Counted from the first letter of the stretch, positions 27,866 through 43,000 are shown. The stretch is 64,000 nucleotides of DNA from Kudoa neothunni (GCA_964304625.1 OZ199838.1:13741002-13805001); one strand, 5' to 3'. The notes: generated by a model from the letters alone, not told the origin. A program made the numbers and translations.

Positions 27866-29982
27866 CCCATTCGAGCCCAATTTTTTTTCAGAGTAAAAAT
27901 TTTTTACAAAAATATCAGTGAACGCAAATATAAAATTCTTAAAGCATAAGAATTACCCAGAAAAATTTGTTTAAACATTGTATGTTGTCCACTACAGTGC
28001 TCAACGGGACTTCACGACAACAAAAATTGAAAATTTTCTTAAGTGACACATCAAACCATACTAGTCGTATTTAGTGTTTTTTGGCGTGAAAATCGTAAAA
28101 ACAATTTCTCCCTTTTACAATACAACAGCTTGCATTACGTATGACACACGAACTGTGTACTTCTTTTACGGAGGCGACGTCTGCTTTTGTGATAGATTAA
28201 AGATTCACTTCTGGTTTGGGTGAATGAGAGAGAATCTTTAATCTCTTTCTTTCGCATTTTTCTTATCAGTGAGTTCCTAGTATAGAGCATCCGGGAATTG
28301 ATAACGGCTGTATTTAAACCCCAAAAGAACATTTTCATATAAAATTTGTTGGATTTGTGTTCTAGCCTATAAAGAACCATCAGCATGTCCGAAAGATCAA
28401 CCCCTCCCATATTTTTATTATACTCGGAAATGACACTAAGTCATGCAACATTGGTCATTTGTCCTTGGCTTCTACGAAATCGCTTGACGTTGTAACCTGA
28501 CTGCAAGGATGAATGGGTTGAAGATAAAGTGACCACGGATCTGTCACACCACTGGAATAATATTATGCCGTTTTGAAGATCTTGTGCTCTTCATATGATC
28601 CAACTCTACTTTTTGAAAAAGCGTTCACAGGAGTTAATGGGCAGTTCTTAATTCTATTTCTCCTGATAGTTCCAACAGAATAGATATTGCGATTTTTTAA
28701 AAACACTCGCAATGTAATTGACGTAAAGTAGTTGTCAAAGTATACAAAAAATGTTTTGGACATTGGGAGTGTTTCAGTAAGTTTGACTACAAAATCTCCT
28801 GAAACTAGACCACAGCTTTGATCGACAGTAGGACACTTTCCGTAATATAGATGAAAATTATGTACAATTCCGTTGACCCCACACCTTGCAAGGACTTTAG
28901 ACCCACCTGGATGGTTTCTTAGGAAGATATTGCTTTGCTTTACATTTTCCTTTGAAAGGAATCATTTGCTCATTTATAGAATTATTAACTTCTGGCGTGA
29001 GGCTTAAGCAATCAGTCCTAAGACGTTTTAAATGGGGTGATTCATGATCCTTGATTATTTTATTGTTGTTAAAAAAAATGCAAAAACTTTAATATTTTCT
29101 GAAAACGATTTCTAGAAAATGCATTAGAAATAGATGGATAGATAATCCGGTGATAACGAGGCATCCTAATAATCCACATTAAAATTAAGATTCCAATAAA
29201 ATTTTAAATTTCTTCAACATCTGTAAGAAAGGTTGAACCAAGCTGAGTTGCATAAATATTCGATTCGTGGGATATCAATTCAAGCAATTCATTGTTGAAG
29301 AAAAATTTAAAGTAATGAATCGGTTCAATCAGAGTATCATCTTCCTTAAAGTCATTGCACACGTTGACACCTTCTGTCAACTTTATCCAGGGTCCTTTTT
29401 TAACTCGTTTAAAGTTATTTTCATCATCTATAAGTTCAAGATAGTCCGATGAGTTAATACATAAATCTTCCGATTGTGTGAAAGTTGAGTCTCCAGTTTC
29501 GTCATCAGAATAAACTGTGGGATCTGGTATATCGGTGTGTGGAATAACAACGATTTCTAATCCAGTTTTACCTGCGTTCGATTCGTTGAAAATTAAATCG
29601 TGATTCAAACTTTTAGGTCGTAAATGCCCGTTGTTCACTGTAATGAACATAAGTTATTTAAGCGGTATTTTTTGAAATAATTAAAGTTAATAATTGAAAA
29701 CTAAAAATAAATATTTATACAATATATTTCATTAAGATTTATTTATAAAATACAAGGAGCTTTTATTCGAAGAATAAAGTTAGGATTTTTTAATCTACAT
29801 TTAGGAAAAAGTATCCTTCAATACAAACTCATCCATTTTCAAACATGACAAAATATAAAAAAAACAAAGCTTAAATCAAATTATTTATTAAATTCTATTT
29901 TTAATCTCAAACCTGTTAAAGATAACATGTATTGATAGAAATTATCGTTTGTTCACTATAATAAGCAATGGGACTGAAAAGG
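27866..29982 (-). mobile_element. Decayed piggyBac transposon (pseudogenised transposase)
   Basis: TTAA|CCCATTCGAGCCCA left end with an imperfect right TIR near 29968-29982. Motifs EPIHYFKFFF, YFDNYFTS, SVGTIRRNR and YNKNMGGVDLSD are broken by stops and frameshifts. Confidence 0.9.
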
Positions 29983-31000
29983 TTGGTCACTCTTTGGCAT
30001 CTTTTGAAATTTAAAGTTAGATGGCGTTAGGGTACTAAATATGTGTTTGTTAAATAAATTTATTAAGAAAATGAATGTTCGTGTTTAAATAATAATGAAA
30101 AATTTGAGGACTATACCTCGGTAATTATCGTTTCTGTGGGAGACATCAAGGGCCTTGATAAAATTAATGATGGTTGTCATAATTTTGGCGTTTGTAAATA
30201 GTAAAGAATATATTTTACGATTAGCTATTTAATCTTTGATTATTTTACTGTAAAATAGCTTTTACATTTCAATTCAGTGACTCAGCTCAATCTATTTCTT
30301 CATTAATTCATCGCTGTCTGAGGTTTTGCTAACTTAGGGATGCCTATCGGAGCGAAAAATGCGTATGATTTAGATTATATCAGCAAACATTATGCATTCC
30401 ATTATTTATTGAATTAAATTATTCCTGAAAGTGTAAAATTTGATGATTTGACTTGAACTCAACATTTACCTGTTCACAATAAATACGGTTGCATTTAGAA
30501 CTTAAAATCTTACATTATTTTAATTAATACAATATAAAGTTAAATATATAAATAACGATAAAATTTATCATATTAAATTAATAAACCCACGCTACATTAT
30601 AACCAGGTGGTAATCCAGATTTCAGCATACTTTAATTCACAAATTCAATCAATGCGTTTTTTAGGACTACAGTTTCTTAAGTGTGGGTTATTCGAAATTT
30701 TTTAATTTCGAATGTATATTGAATTCAGATAAATTTAAAAAAGGTTCAGATAGCGCCATCTTCGTATAAACAAGGCCCGACTGTATATGCATATCACTGA
30801 TTTTTTCCCACTTTCTTTGTTAAAGAAAAAAGTATTTTCCGTTAATTTATCGACGTCAACACAGGAAAATACAATTATTAAAGCCATTATATGATTTTAA
30901 AACAACTAAGCTTTGGAAATTTAAAATAATTAGTAGATCAGAAATAAAGTAAGTGGCTATTGGCGAGGGCAATAATATTCAGATGACGCTAGTTTTGACA

Positions 31001-31057
31001 ATATTTAATTATTTATGACCTTAAGAGCGAAGCAGTAAGTCATAAATAATTAAATAT
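31001..31057. repeat. Perfect 19-bp inverted repeat with 19-nt spacer
   Basis: ATATTTAATTATTTATGAC (31001-31019) and GTCATAAATAATTAAATAT (31039-31057). Confidence 0.85.
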
Positions 31058-32302
31058 AGCAGATTCTAACAAATTAAATCAGTAAACAGTTTGTATTAAG
31101 AGTTACTCAAATTAAAAATTTCCAGCGCGCACGCACACATATCGGTTAGGATTAGATTTTTATCGTGCCAATAGCTTATGCCACAAAGGAAATAATATTA
31201 GAATATTCACCGACGGATATATACAATTTTAAAATTATTCTAAGGATAAGTGATTATAAAAATTTACTGTATATTTTATGATTCACAAATTAAGTAAAGT
31301 TAATATTTCGATATTTTTATTATGAAATCGTTTATGACCAAATCAAACAAAAAATCCTTATGTTATATCATGAGTTTCCAAATTTGTAATAGTGTAATTG
31401 ATTTTTCAGTTAGATTCAGCTGTATCAACATAACAACTTTTTAAAAAAATATATTTAACTACAAGAGAAATATATGCAACACGGAGGAAGAAATCTCATT
31501 TGAACTCCAATTACTCCTCCCACATAAACTGTATTGTCCATGGATGGAAAACATATTTTATAGCCATACAATCTTCACATTAGATAAATAGTTTGAAATT
31601 TATATTGAACCCTATTAAATTTTAATTATAAATTCCATATAAATAGCTAAATCAAAATAAATATTACGGAATTTTAACTGATCGGAAACTTCACAAATTT
31701 CAAATCGGTTAATAGCTTCATTTCTATGTGCCCATCTGTCGGAGATTATAACTAATAATTTAATTTAAGGCGACTTCTCTGCCTTGTTAAGCGGCGTTTA
31801 CATTATTTTACTGTTGGACCTGAACGGTCTCGCGTGTGTTTATTCTGAGTCTCCGAGAGCGTGATTGGGATTGGGATTGGAAAACCGACACATATCACTC
31901 TTTTAAATGATAGAAAACGAACAATGAGACTTACACATGCTAAGCAAGAAAAAAATTGAATGATTACTTTCATTCAAAGGATATACCACTAAAAGATCTA
32001 AAAATGTTGTCAAAATTTGCAAACTCTTGCTTGTGTGAGAAAGAGCAGTTAAGATTTCGCATTCAGAAAAACAAGAATAAATTAAAAATACATAATTATA
32101 ACAAATAACATAATAAAAATAGTTATATTACGTTGATTTTCTCTAGACAACAGTAATAAAACAGATACTACTAATAATGACGATGCTAACAGGCAGGTAG
32201 CGTAAAATTTTGGAATAGAGGAATAAAGCCATAGTTACAAAAGAGAGCTACTTCTAATAAGAGCTTCTTATAATGAAGGAGAACAATATTAGAGGACGAT
32301 GA

Positions 32303-34288
32303 TTATTCGAACCGTAGATTGGTGAATTTTTCCATAAAATTAATGTATTCGGTACTTTGAGGTGAATCACTACAGCGAACAGCAATATGATAAAAGAACC
32401 CAAAACGGGCACAATAGATCAATTACTTCTCAAGGCTTTCTTGGTGATTTTTGGCAAGTTTGGAACAAATAGTTGGGTTGACATCGATCACAATATTGAG
32501 AACATTGATGGCGATAGCGTTGATAGTTCTAGATAAAGTACATCACAACAGCGATTACAACCAAGGATTACGTATTCCAGTGTTTGGTAGAGGTCTCATA
32601 TAGTGAAGAGAAGACGAGGGGTATTAGCACTTCGGAGTATTCGGAAAAATTTCGAAGAATATAATCATTTTGCCAATAACATAACGCTCTTTCAGACACC
32701 TAAATTGTAAATCAACGCAACCGAATATCAACATGTTTAAAAATACTTGAAAGTGAGGACTCGAGCAGCATCTTGCTATGATAATGTATGCGCTTTTCAT
32801 AACTGTTTCAAAAATGTCAGGTTCGGAACCTTCAAGTATCTCTTCAAGTTCACCAAGGAACAGCAACTATACAATGATTGCAGAATCACATTAGTATCCA
32901 TGCTATTATCATCCACACACACACAAAATCATACCTCCTTTTGACTAGACACTTTGGGCCAATATTTTGCGAGAGCCTTAACCACATGAGTGGTGAGTAG
33001 AGGATCTTTTTCGATAAATTGCAGCACACAATAACTCAACTAGACAACAAAAAAATCCATATACATCTGCACTATAACACAACTCAGTACTTGACCATGG
33101 TAGTCAGCTACAGAAGACACCTTGTGCATTGGCAAAAGAACTTTGATTAGAAATTTTTTGTGTTCTTCTTTGAGCGGCAAAGCAAACCCATTAATTATAC
33201 TACCGTAGATTTCGAGCAGTTCAGAAATACCAGAGAAATGTTCAGTTTCATGAGTAAATCTAATTCCATCGTTTATTTAAAATCCTCACCTAAAAACCTA
33301 CCTTATAAAAATATGATTCACCATTTGGCGTATGGTGGTACGATAATGCAAAAATTTTCCGTAGATTCGATGCAGGACTGTTTTCAAGGAGTCCCTCTCT
33401 CTAGGATCTTCACTATCGAAAAGGTCCAACAGCTAAATTAATCCAGTTAATTTATTCCCAATTGTTAACAAAAATAAACGCGTTTATAACCGACAATCAA
33501 ATCAATAATTTAAACAACCAAATACTTGCGATATAAATTGGAAATTGATGGTAGTTGATGCCAACTTTGCGTTGAAATCATTCAACTCCAAGATAGTCAA
33601 AAAGAGATCATATACAGACTAAAATATTTATGTGAACTATGGAGACGAAACAACTCCATGAAAAGTAAATACCTGAATGTGTGGCCAAGCAGCTTCATAC
33701 ACAGGATTATCATCATCGACTTCAGTGTCTTTGTTAAATGAAGGAGGCAGAATACGGAGGATATTGTTTCCAATCATTCTGAGTATAATTGGATAGGTAG
33801 TTTTGTTGAGTACACGAGGATTCTCAGAGATAAAGTTGATCATTTCGATTAGGATGCCCCTTTTGATTTCTTTTTCTTTGATGTAGGAACCGATGTTGAG
33901 GAAATCAAATATCACATTGCACTGTTGTATTTTTTTAATAAAAATATCTTGTATCTCGTCCTCGTTACATTCTATCAACATTGATACAGGTTATTCATGA
34001 TAGATGTGATATTATGGTAATATTTTCGAAAACAATTAACATACCATGTAAGGGTTTGTAATTCTCGATAATAATTTTTTTGTCTTTTGAGCCAAAAAAC
34101 GACGACCCCTGTAATCGAGGTGTATAGTAGATTCCTTTGAGAGAGTTTTTTCTTGATAATGGACCACTTAGAGTTGATGTTACACTTCCAGCAAGAGGGT
34201 TATTATTCAGGCTGAATCCATGGTTAGAGTGTTCCGTTGAGACTCCACTATCGGTAATAGTGTCTCTATTGTTGACTCCAGTTTCCAT
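32303..34288 (-). CDS. PPP2R5: PP2A regulatory subunit B56/B' (multi-exon)
   Basis: [79 protein letters not shown]. The start ATG is tentative and a probable UTR exon lies at ~34493-34597. Confidence 0.93.
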
Positions 34289-36139
34289 TTGTTTATACAA
34301 TTATAATAACAAACTAGATAGATCAATTTATTAACTGTACCTCTATCTAAGGAATTGATTTGTGTTATTAATAGATAATGTGGTTAGATTGCGATCGATT
34401 GTTTATTAGAATTACGTATTACAGCTAATGGTTAAAATTGAAAATTCATCCAGTTGTAATCCTAGTCAGCGCAAAGTTACATGAAAAATTACCAGTACTA
34501 TTTCCAATGTATATACCAGCTCTCCTGGCAACTTCCTCAATCTCTATCTATACACAGATTAAGGCCGGCTGTATTGAGTGACGGTCGCTAAGCCTTTCTA
34601 TTAACAATAATCCTTAATCGACGATTCATTGGTCATCGTTGGTTATTGATTTAATGGAACACTCTCAGTTAGATTTAACAACGAAAACAAATAGTTTTTA
34701 ATGTGTCTGAAAATTGTTGACTATCTATATTGCATCATCACACTTAAGTGGACATTGTTATTTCAGAATTAATTTCAATTTCCAATTTAAATCAGTTTAT
34801 ATTTGATACGTAAATCTTCAAACATCAACTCGAAAACAACTTACCAAATATAAATATCACCAAATGTCAACTATCTGATCGATTTGCTACCGCCCCAAAT
34901 CGACCATTATATCAAATCGACCTTATTTATACAATATATATATATATATAATCTATAGGGCTTTAATAGCTTAATTTAAACAGTCTATATACCTTTAATG
35001 TAATAATTGGCCTGTTCAAATGCATTCTAATTATATTTCTAACAAATTATAACGATAAAATAATTTGTCAATCCATTCTGCAATATTAATATAATCTGCA
35101 AATTAACCGTGAAGAAAACTTCCGATCTTGATATGAATTTCGATTTGCTAATTAACTGCGATATGCACATTAACTTTAATGATTGATTTAGTAATCTGTA
35201 TAGAAACAGGGTCTTTATTATAGTTCCCATGCTGGTTGCGTAGGCACTGTATAGGACTAAATAGATCTTAAGTTGAATCGCTATTTCACCTTTGATAAAT
35301 TCTAAATGAATCTGATTGAAATAAAAATATTTGGATGTTGGATGACTAAAGCATGACTAGCGCGAATTTTATAGCGTGACTGCGCGCGTTTGATGACAGA
35401 AAGATTAATTTTCGATGATGCAATTGGCTCATACAAAATTAATTTATTACTTATTTGATTTAATTTAATTTAATTTTAGTTTAATATTTTATACCTGTTT
35501 ATTAAAATTATTTAAATATTGTTGAGGGTGGAAATAGAGGGGTGCTTAGTAATCTTAATAGCCGAAAAATTTACATCCTCTAAAAAATGGAATAGAAGTC
35601 TATCCCACGTTTTTAGTTTATAAAATAACCTCAAATAAAAGTCAGCATTGACTGAAAAAATATGAGGAAAATTCATAGTGCGAAATTAGCATAAATGACT
35701 AATTATTATAGCCACATTGTGTGCGCATGCGTGCATATTTGTTGATATTTCGTTTGGAGTATGATTGAATTTATATTTATTGGTTTATTTCTGAAGTTTT
35801 TTATTTTGGACATTTAATTCAAATGGTTTAAGTAATTGTAAGTTAATTTATCTTAATTTAAATGAAAACGATGTAGTAGCGCGGAGAAGCGCAAAATGAT
35901 AGCAAAGAGTGATTACTTCATAAAATAGGTATCAAATTTCTTTATGCTCTCTACAATATAAATGTAAGAAAAATAATGAAGAGTCATCATACTTTCAATA
36001 ATCCGTATGAAAATCATCCGAATCTGAGGGGCTATCGCTGGATTATAAGCTTATATCGATGCTGCACATGCGGACGAGCAGTGTATGCATTGTTTTCGGA
36101 TATTTATTCAATGTTTACTCGATTGAATTGTCTCAAACT

Positions 36140-36410
36140 CTTAAAAATGTTGCATATCAATATTTTAAATAATTTTATAAACGAAAAATGTGGGGTAAAT
36201 TTCTACGTTAGTTTTATTTGGAGAGTATTTTTTCGTTAACTTTTTGGACATACGGCAAAATAACTTTCAACTTATTTTTTTAAAGCTATCTTAAAAACAG
36301 AAATTTAATAAACTGGATAGGAGATGTGTTCCATTCATAATCTATAATATTGTTGGAAAAATCCATTTGAGGTAGAAATCTGCCCCATTTTACTTCGAGA
36401 TGGCGTTAAC
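36140..36410. repeat. Second copy of the element end seen at 1-236
   Basis: Colinear similarity ending GGTAGAAATCTGCCCCATTTTACTTCGAG. Confidence 0.6.
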
Positions 36411-36996
36411 ATATTGTATGTTGGCTTGTTTTTGATTACGCGAAGAAGTGTGGTTCAGCAATTTTTAAAACCAATCCTCTACTTGCTCAGATGAATAGTG
36501 ATTAATTTACTACAAGAGGGTTTTAATGAAAGATTGTATTAGATCGGGAAAATTTTCAAAAAGAAGGCAATTTCATATTTTTCCTGAACTTTTCTGCGTT
36601 TCATATAGCCACCTACTTTGTTTAAACGAATGTTAACACGCGAGTATGGGATGAGCAGCCGAAATTACGTCAAATCGATAATCCTATTTTTTCCAAAAAA
36701 TTCTGCTCAGAAATAATCTTTTCACATATTTTGATGTGGAACTAATAAAATTAACGTTGTATTTATTCAAACAAAAATTTAAAACGTTTTCACGTTAATA
36801 ATTGAAATAAAAATTGAAAGCATGAAAACTTGATCATTTATTGTAAATAGGATTTTTCTGTTGACTGTAAGAGTGTCGAGTTTAATCGAGAATCTCTATG
36901 TATTTTATGAATTGCGATATGCTGCACAATCGCACCAAAATTTAATTAATCGAAAATTAAAATTGGAGAAAAGTCACATAAACTACGTTAAAATTA

Positions 36997-39900
36997 GGCA
37001 GTGGCTATAGGTCAGGCAACGAATATCTCGAAAACTATTGCATATTATTCCCCCAAAATTTAAACATTATTTTAATATTGTCTAGCTTAATTTTTGGTAA
37101 CTTATTGAAAAATTGTAAAAATGTTTATTTTTTTGATCATATCCATACGACCATTACCAATTAAACATTCTTTTTTGAAATTGAATTTGATTGAATACAG
37201 TTTATAATCAATTATCGATATTTTATTTTTTAAAAAGAGTAAAATTTTAGATAATAAATAAATTTGGAGGATTAATTTACTTATCCAGCGTTAGGGATCA
37301 TAAAATGAAACGTTTTGTATGCAAAAAAATGAATGACACCATCAAGTATCTATATAGTTTATGATTTGAATGCATTTCGTCATTATTTTTTTTTCATAAG
37401 GATTCCAATTTTTGTTAGGCGACTTCCTCGTGGTCGACCAACGGATTTTATTTTCGATGGAATTTTCAGCTCTACAAAAATATAAAAATACGTTTTGTTA
37501 CATTTTAACCTTTCAGTTTAGATTCTTCTGCGAGTTTTGATCGATTGATATTACTAATAGGCTCTATTTGAGGATGAGTATCATCATCTGTGCTAAGTTT
37601 AGGTTTTTTAATGATTGTTATTTCTGACGAATCTATCGATGAATTCTAAATTTAATATATGGAAATTAAATTAATAATTTGATACGTATTCTTGAAATTC
37701 AGGTACTTCTCGAACTATAGCAAAATTTAAAATTTTATTTTTCAAAAAAAATCACATGTATTTAGGAAATCATCGACTACAGTGACATCATGATTTCTTA
37801 AAATGTTTTCTAAGAGACTTATACATCTTATAGACTTTTCATAAAAATCTCCACAAAATTCAGACGCGGTGTTAGCCAACTTGGTTGTAAAGGTTGTTGC
37901 GTATCTCAACTTCTGTCCAAAACTTTTTATTTTGGGTTGGCTCTTCTTATCAACAATGGTCGGAGTAATTTCGTTGTTCCTTTCGATTATAGTTCCAGTT
38001 CCTAAGAATTTCATTCCATACGTTTTCGTCCACCTCTCATTGCACAATATTTCAGAGAAAAGAGGTAAATTATTCAATAATCTTGAAGATAGAATATGAC
38101 TGCAAGGCAGTGAGAAAGATCGGTAAAATACACATGAGCACGTAGTTGCATTAGTAGTTTCAGTTGAGTTTAACAACAAATCTTCGGTGCTTAATAGTGC
38201 AACCTGCTTTTGAAGTAAATTGAATGCATACTTGGTCAAGAGTTTCTCATATTGTGACATATATTCGTCATTAAAAGTTTTGTCTGAGCCATAGCACAAC
38301 TGGCTTATTGCCTCTCCTTCCCTTTCCGTGCGAAGGGTCCTCAAGATTTTGAAAAATTTATCAACAAAATTTGTCAAAGAACTGAATTTATGGAAAACAC
38401 TTTTTATTTTTGAATTAACTGATTCAATACGATTGTTAGTTTCGTTTCCATAAAAGTTGGTTGCATTGCTGAGCCCAATTATCCAATCTTTGTAAATCCC
38501 ATCCCAATTTACTTTGAAATATTCGCTCAGCTTAGTATTATTAAACTCTTGGATTTCATTAACGTACTTTTTATACTCATCATAATCTTTACAATATATC
38601 ATTTTTTGCAAACACCTTAGAATATCTTGACATTTTTTAGTGGATACGGCCAACTTGGTTGTGGTGATTTGTCGTCGAAAAATTTGTAGGACGTGAAATT
38701 TACAGAGAATGCAAGAAGACGATGGGAAACTTTTTTTTAGACACTTTCTCAACTTTTCGTCTTTGTCAGTGACAAGTGTACATACTTTATCACGCAAAGT
38801 AGGAACCATTTCTATTATGTTATTGCAAAACCATTGTATGGAATTTTCAGTCTCTTCAAATAGTATGCATACGCTTGTTATATGAGTCAACCCGAAAGAA
38901 TCCTCTCCTGCCGATAAATACAGAGGAGCTCTAAAGTTAGTAAAATAAAGTTTGTGTGGTCATTTAAAAAAAATTTAATACCTCGAATCAAGCAGTTTAT
39001 ATGTGGCATCAACAAACATCACTTCAGGATACAATTCCAAAAATGACTTCATTTTATTATCAGCGAAAAATATTCCACTGACGACGTTACGCTCATTATG
39101 TAAAATTCTAACGTGACATTTATTATCTACACTTAAAGTTTTTTCAATTATTTCTAAGTTGTCAGGAAACGAATTCTTATTTTTTTTAACGTTGTGAATA
39201 GATTTTAGACGAATATTTTTCCCAGTTTCCGTCTGTAATTTTGATTGAATCAATTTTTTATTCGCCTTGAGGTTAACTAATTCAATAAGGTGTTGATCGT
39301 TTAGATTAATTTTCCTTTGCTTAGGAAGGTTTCTATATATCATCTGATCTAATTGATGATTGTGCTCTAACATGCAGGAACGTATTTCAAGGAAAGCTCC
39401 GTCATTTGAAGTTCTTAATGTTATTTTGACAGGGCAATCTCCTTTTAACATTGATTTATTTCGAGCGCCACATGACCTCGTTTTCTTCTTCCCACTGAAA
39501 ATACAACAGTATGTGACCTCGTAATAGCGGAGTGATTCATTGATCTGTCTTGTAATTCTACTACGAATATTTGAGATAGTTCTTGCTTGATATTTGTATA
39601 GATTACAAAACGACAACTTTTCGTATTCTGCGATGGCAATGTGAAGATCTTCAAAAGAAGCATAACGCATACCGACTGTGAACATACTTGACGCCATATT
39701 GTATAGCTGGATGCTCAAAATAATGCGCCAACATTTAGACCTAAAAATTTTACTTTCACTAAAATTTTTCATGTATTCTATGTATTTGAACTGATTTAGA
39801 TTTTTAAAAATCAAATATATGCCAATAATGAAATACTGGTGATGAATAACCACCATATGATCAAAAAAATAAACATTTTTACAATTTTTCAATAAGTTAC

Positions 39901-40000
39901 CAAAAATTAAGCTAGACAATATTAAAATAATGTTTAAATTTTGGGGGAAAAATATGCAATAGTTTTCGAGATATTCGTTGCCTGACCTATAGCCACTTCC
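36997..40000 (-). mobile_element. Full-length Mutator-like (MULE) transposon
   Basis: Near-identical ~145-bp TIRs (GG[C/A]AGTGGCTATAGGTCAGGCAACGAATATCTCG...) and perfect 9-bp TSD TTAAAATTA at 36988-36996 and 40001-40009. Confidence 0.96.
37383..39697 (-). CDS. MULE transposase (FAR1/ZSWIM3-like N-terminus, DDE, SWIM), 5 exons, apparently intact
   Basis: ATG 39697. Introns 38931-38981, 37715-37755, 37646-37685 and ~37471-37509 keep the frame. Motifs are C..CPV..HNH, MFVDATYK, VTDKD, CKFH, ETNNRIES, SWIM CSC..LPCSH and C-terminal GRPRG. Confidence 0.88.
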
Positions 40001-40046
40001 TTAAAATTAATGAGACCCGGTGATTATTTTGTTAAAAATACTTGTC

Positions 40047-43000
40047 GGCAGTGGCTATTTATTTCCATGGGTCCGTATAATCCTATGTCGGGCGGGACTG
40101 GCTATTTCCACGGTGCGAAATATTTACTAGGTTTCTGATGATAATTAAAATCTGATTTCAGGTATGTGTTTAGCTAATTTTTAACTATAAGAATTTTATT
40201 TTTTTACGAAATTTTTTGTGATTAATACTTACACTTTGAAATCGCTTATTTTCCATTTAAATATTGTTTTATACCAATTTTTTACATCCTTTTATAGGAT
40301 TTAACTATTATTTTTATTTCTAATGTCAGAAAATGTTTTCTTCGATATCAATGAAATGATATCCACGCTACATTTTTGATTGGTGCGTGCTAACGAGACA
40401 TGCTGTGTCAATACCTGAAGCAGTCAATCATAGTCTGTTTCAACATAAGTTGAATCAACTTTTAACATTACTGGTGTCTTATTCGTTATAAGGTAATGCA
40501 ATTTTTCCATATTGAATTTGTAAAGTTTTATAAGTTAGGCTTTGCGCGCCATATGTTGAAAAAACAAAATTATCGAGTAAACAACAACGAAATATCTTAT
40601 TTTAAGAATTGTGTTGTTTATACATTAAAATTTTTTATTTTATTTAATTGTGTCTTCTTTTTCGTTTCTTTCGATGCCCATTAACGGCAACTCTACTTCC
40701 TTTCGGCCTTCCTATGGAGTTTGTTTTAGAAGGGAGAGGAAAACCTAAACTAAGATAATATTTGTTAGTTGTTAATATTCTTCCTTTGAATTTTTCAGGT
40801 ATTAATTTCTCGGAATGCATCGAATTATATTGAAAAATTGCATCTAATTTTGTTAATTTGAGAAGTTACGGAATAAGATACCGTTTATTTCATCTGTCGT
40901 AACTTTCGGTTCATCTATAAATAAGAGAAATTATGAATAATGCCATATCATTTAATTTTCTTGACTGCCCAATTACAGAGTCAACGCAACTAGTTGTATT
41001 TACTGGATCATCATCGTTGCAATAATGTTTCACTAAATTTCCCATTATTTGTGTCTAAAATATCACCTACTTAGTTTTATTACAGTGGCCAGTTTCTTTT
41101 ATTGTTATTTTTAATAATACTTTCTATCTCTTTAAAAGCATCTAAACACATTTCGACCTCATTTAACGCTCTTTGAAGGAAAATATGTACACTTGTGAGG
41201 TTGAATGATAGATATTGGGAACATTTACATGTGTTGATATTTGAATTATATGAATAATACTTTAAACTTTGAGTTTTTCCAATCGCGAAAAAGTTATATT
41301 TGCCGCAAACAGAGTAAGTAATTTGTTATAACCACTGTATGTTTTATTTATCATTGAACGAGGTTTAGTAAGATCTGGAACAATTTTATTTTTTTTCTCT
41401 CAATTCTAGTGAATTCTAAATATCCGAAAAATTGGAGAAAGAATCCTCATGAGTCGAGAATTTTGTAACAACAGTTTGGAGCTGTTCATTCATTGCCTCT
41501 AATCGATTGCTAATGGCGTTATTGAAATAATTTTTGGCTGAACTCAAACCAATAACCCATTTTTTAGCTACGTGGTCCCAATTTTTTCCAAAATATGAAT
41601 TGAATTAGTAACACCATCTAGGAAAAGATCGACTTTAATTCATCATATTCAGTTTTGGACATTGCACACATCATTTTTTGAAAAGTTACCAGAAATGACT
41701 TTTTCTTTTCAATATCAACTATATAATTTTTAGAAGCATTCCTCGTTGGAAGGTCTGATTAACGTGAAATCTACATATGATTAGGGATGCTTCATTAAAA
41801 GCTTCTTTTAGACATTTTCTAGGGGTGCGGTCCTAATCAGTGACTATTATCGAAAGTTTGAGCTTTAAACAAGGAGCAGCATCTATTAGCTCATGTAAAA
41901 GCCATTTAATTGCTTTTTCGGTTTCCCCATATAATATACCCGCATTTGTAATGTGCGTTTGATCACAAGAGCCTTGTGTTGTTGTTATATAAAGCGGAGC
42001 TTTAAAACAAATAAACTAGTCAATTCAAATTATTAACTATCCTGAATTAAGCAGTTTATACGTGACACCTATAAACATAACCTCTGGTAAGTAGTTGATT
42101 ACATTTTTCATTTTTTTCGTTCAATAAAAGACATCCCGCTTACGGTATTTTCACCGGCCAATACTTTAACTCCATATTTATGATTTTCTTCAAGAAGCTT
42201 TACAACCGAATTAATATCATTCACTTCGCAGGAAGAAAATTTTTTAAAGTTGTGAAGTGATTTCAATGACACATTAAAATCTCTTTCTTGCCTTAGTTTT
42301 ACCTGAGTTGTTTTCTTATTTGCGCCAAGAAATAGTAATTCAGACAGGAATGGATCATTAAGATTAATTTTTCGTTGATTAGGTAAGCTTTCAAAATAGT
42401 TGGGTTACAAGGATGGCTATGTCCTAAGTTTACAGATTTAACCTCTAGAAAATTCCCGTCCAAGCTGGCACTAAGACTGATATGGAATGGACAACCTTAT
42501 TAAATGTTGCTTTATTCCTTTCGCCAGGACTTTTTCTATTGTAATTCAGGCTGAAATAACACACATCCCTTATTTCGCAATAAACAATATCAGGTTTTAA
42601 AGTCCCTGTTATATCGTCTTTGAGCATCGGAAATCTTTCTTGAATTCCTTATTTTTATATAACGAACATTTTTTTCTTTCGTATTGGGTATTTTACATTT
42701 CAATTCCTCGTAAGAATTGAATTTCATTCCTACGATAAAATGAATTCTGGATTTCCCTCACTTGCCATGTCTTCACGTTAAACAAGCAAAGTGAGTTGAT
42801 TATAATCCGTGTATAGAACCATTCTAATACCAATGCAATTGTCTCATTTTGTTAATAATTTCAAAACTTAAACCTTAGTTTGAGTAAGTTTAAGGTTATT
42901 AATTTTTCATTTAACTAAAGCATCAATCACGCGAAAACCACATTGACATTAACACATGTGGTTGTAGACCAAAAATTTTTCTTATAAATTTAATTATTAT

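Noticed and set aside
31974-31983. Minus-strand ATATCCTTTG resembling a U12 AT-AC donor
   Set aside because: It lies downstream of the B56 stop with no supporting exon or branch site, and is expected by chance in AT-rich DNA.
39698-39919. N-terminal extension of ORF 38975..39919
   Set aside because: It starts at TTG inside the right TIR. The likely start is ATG 39697.
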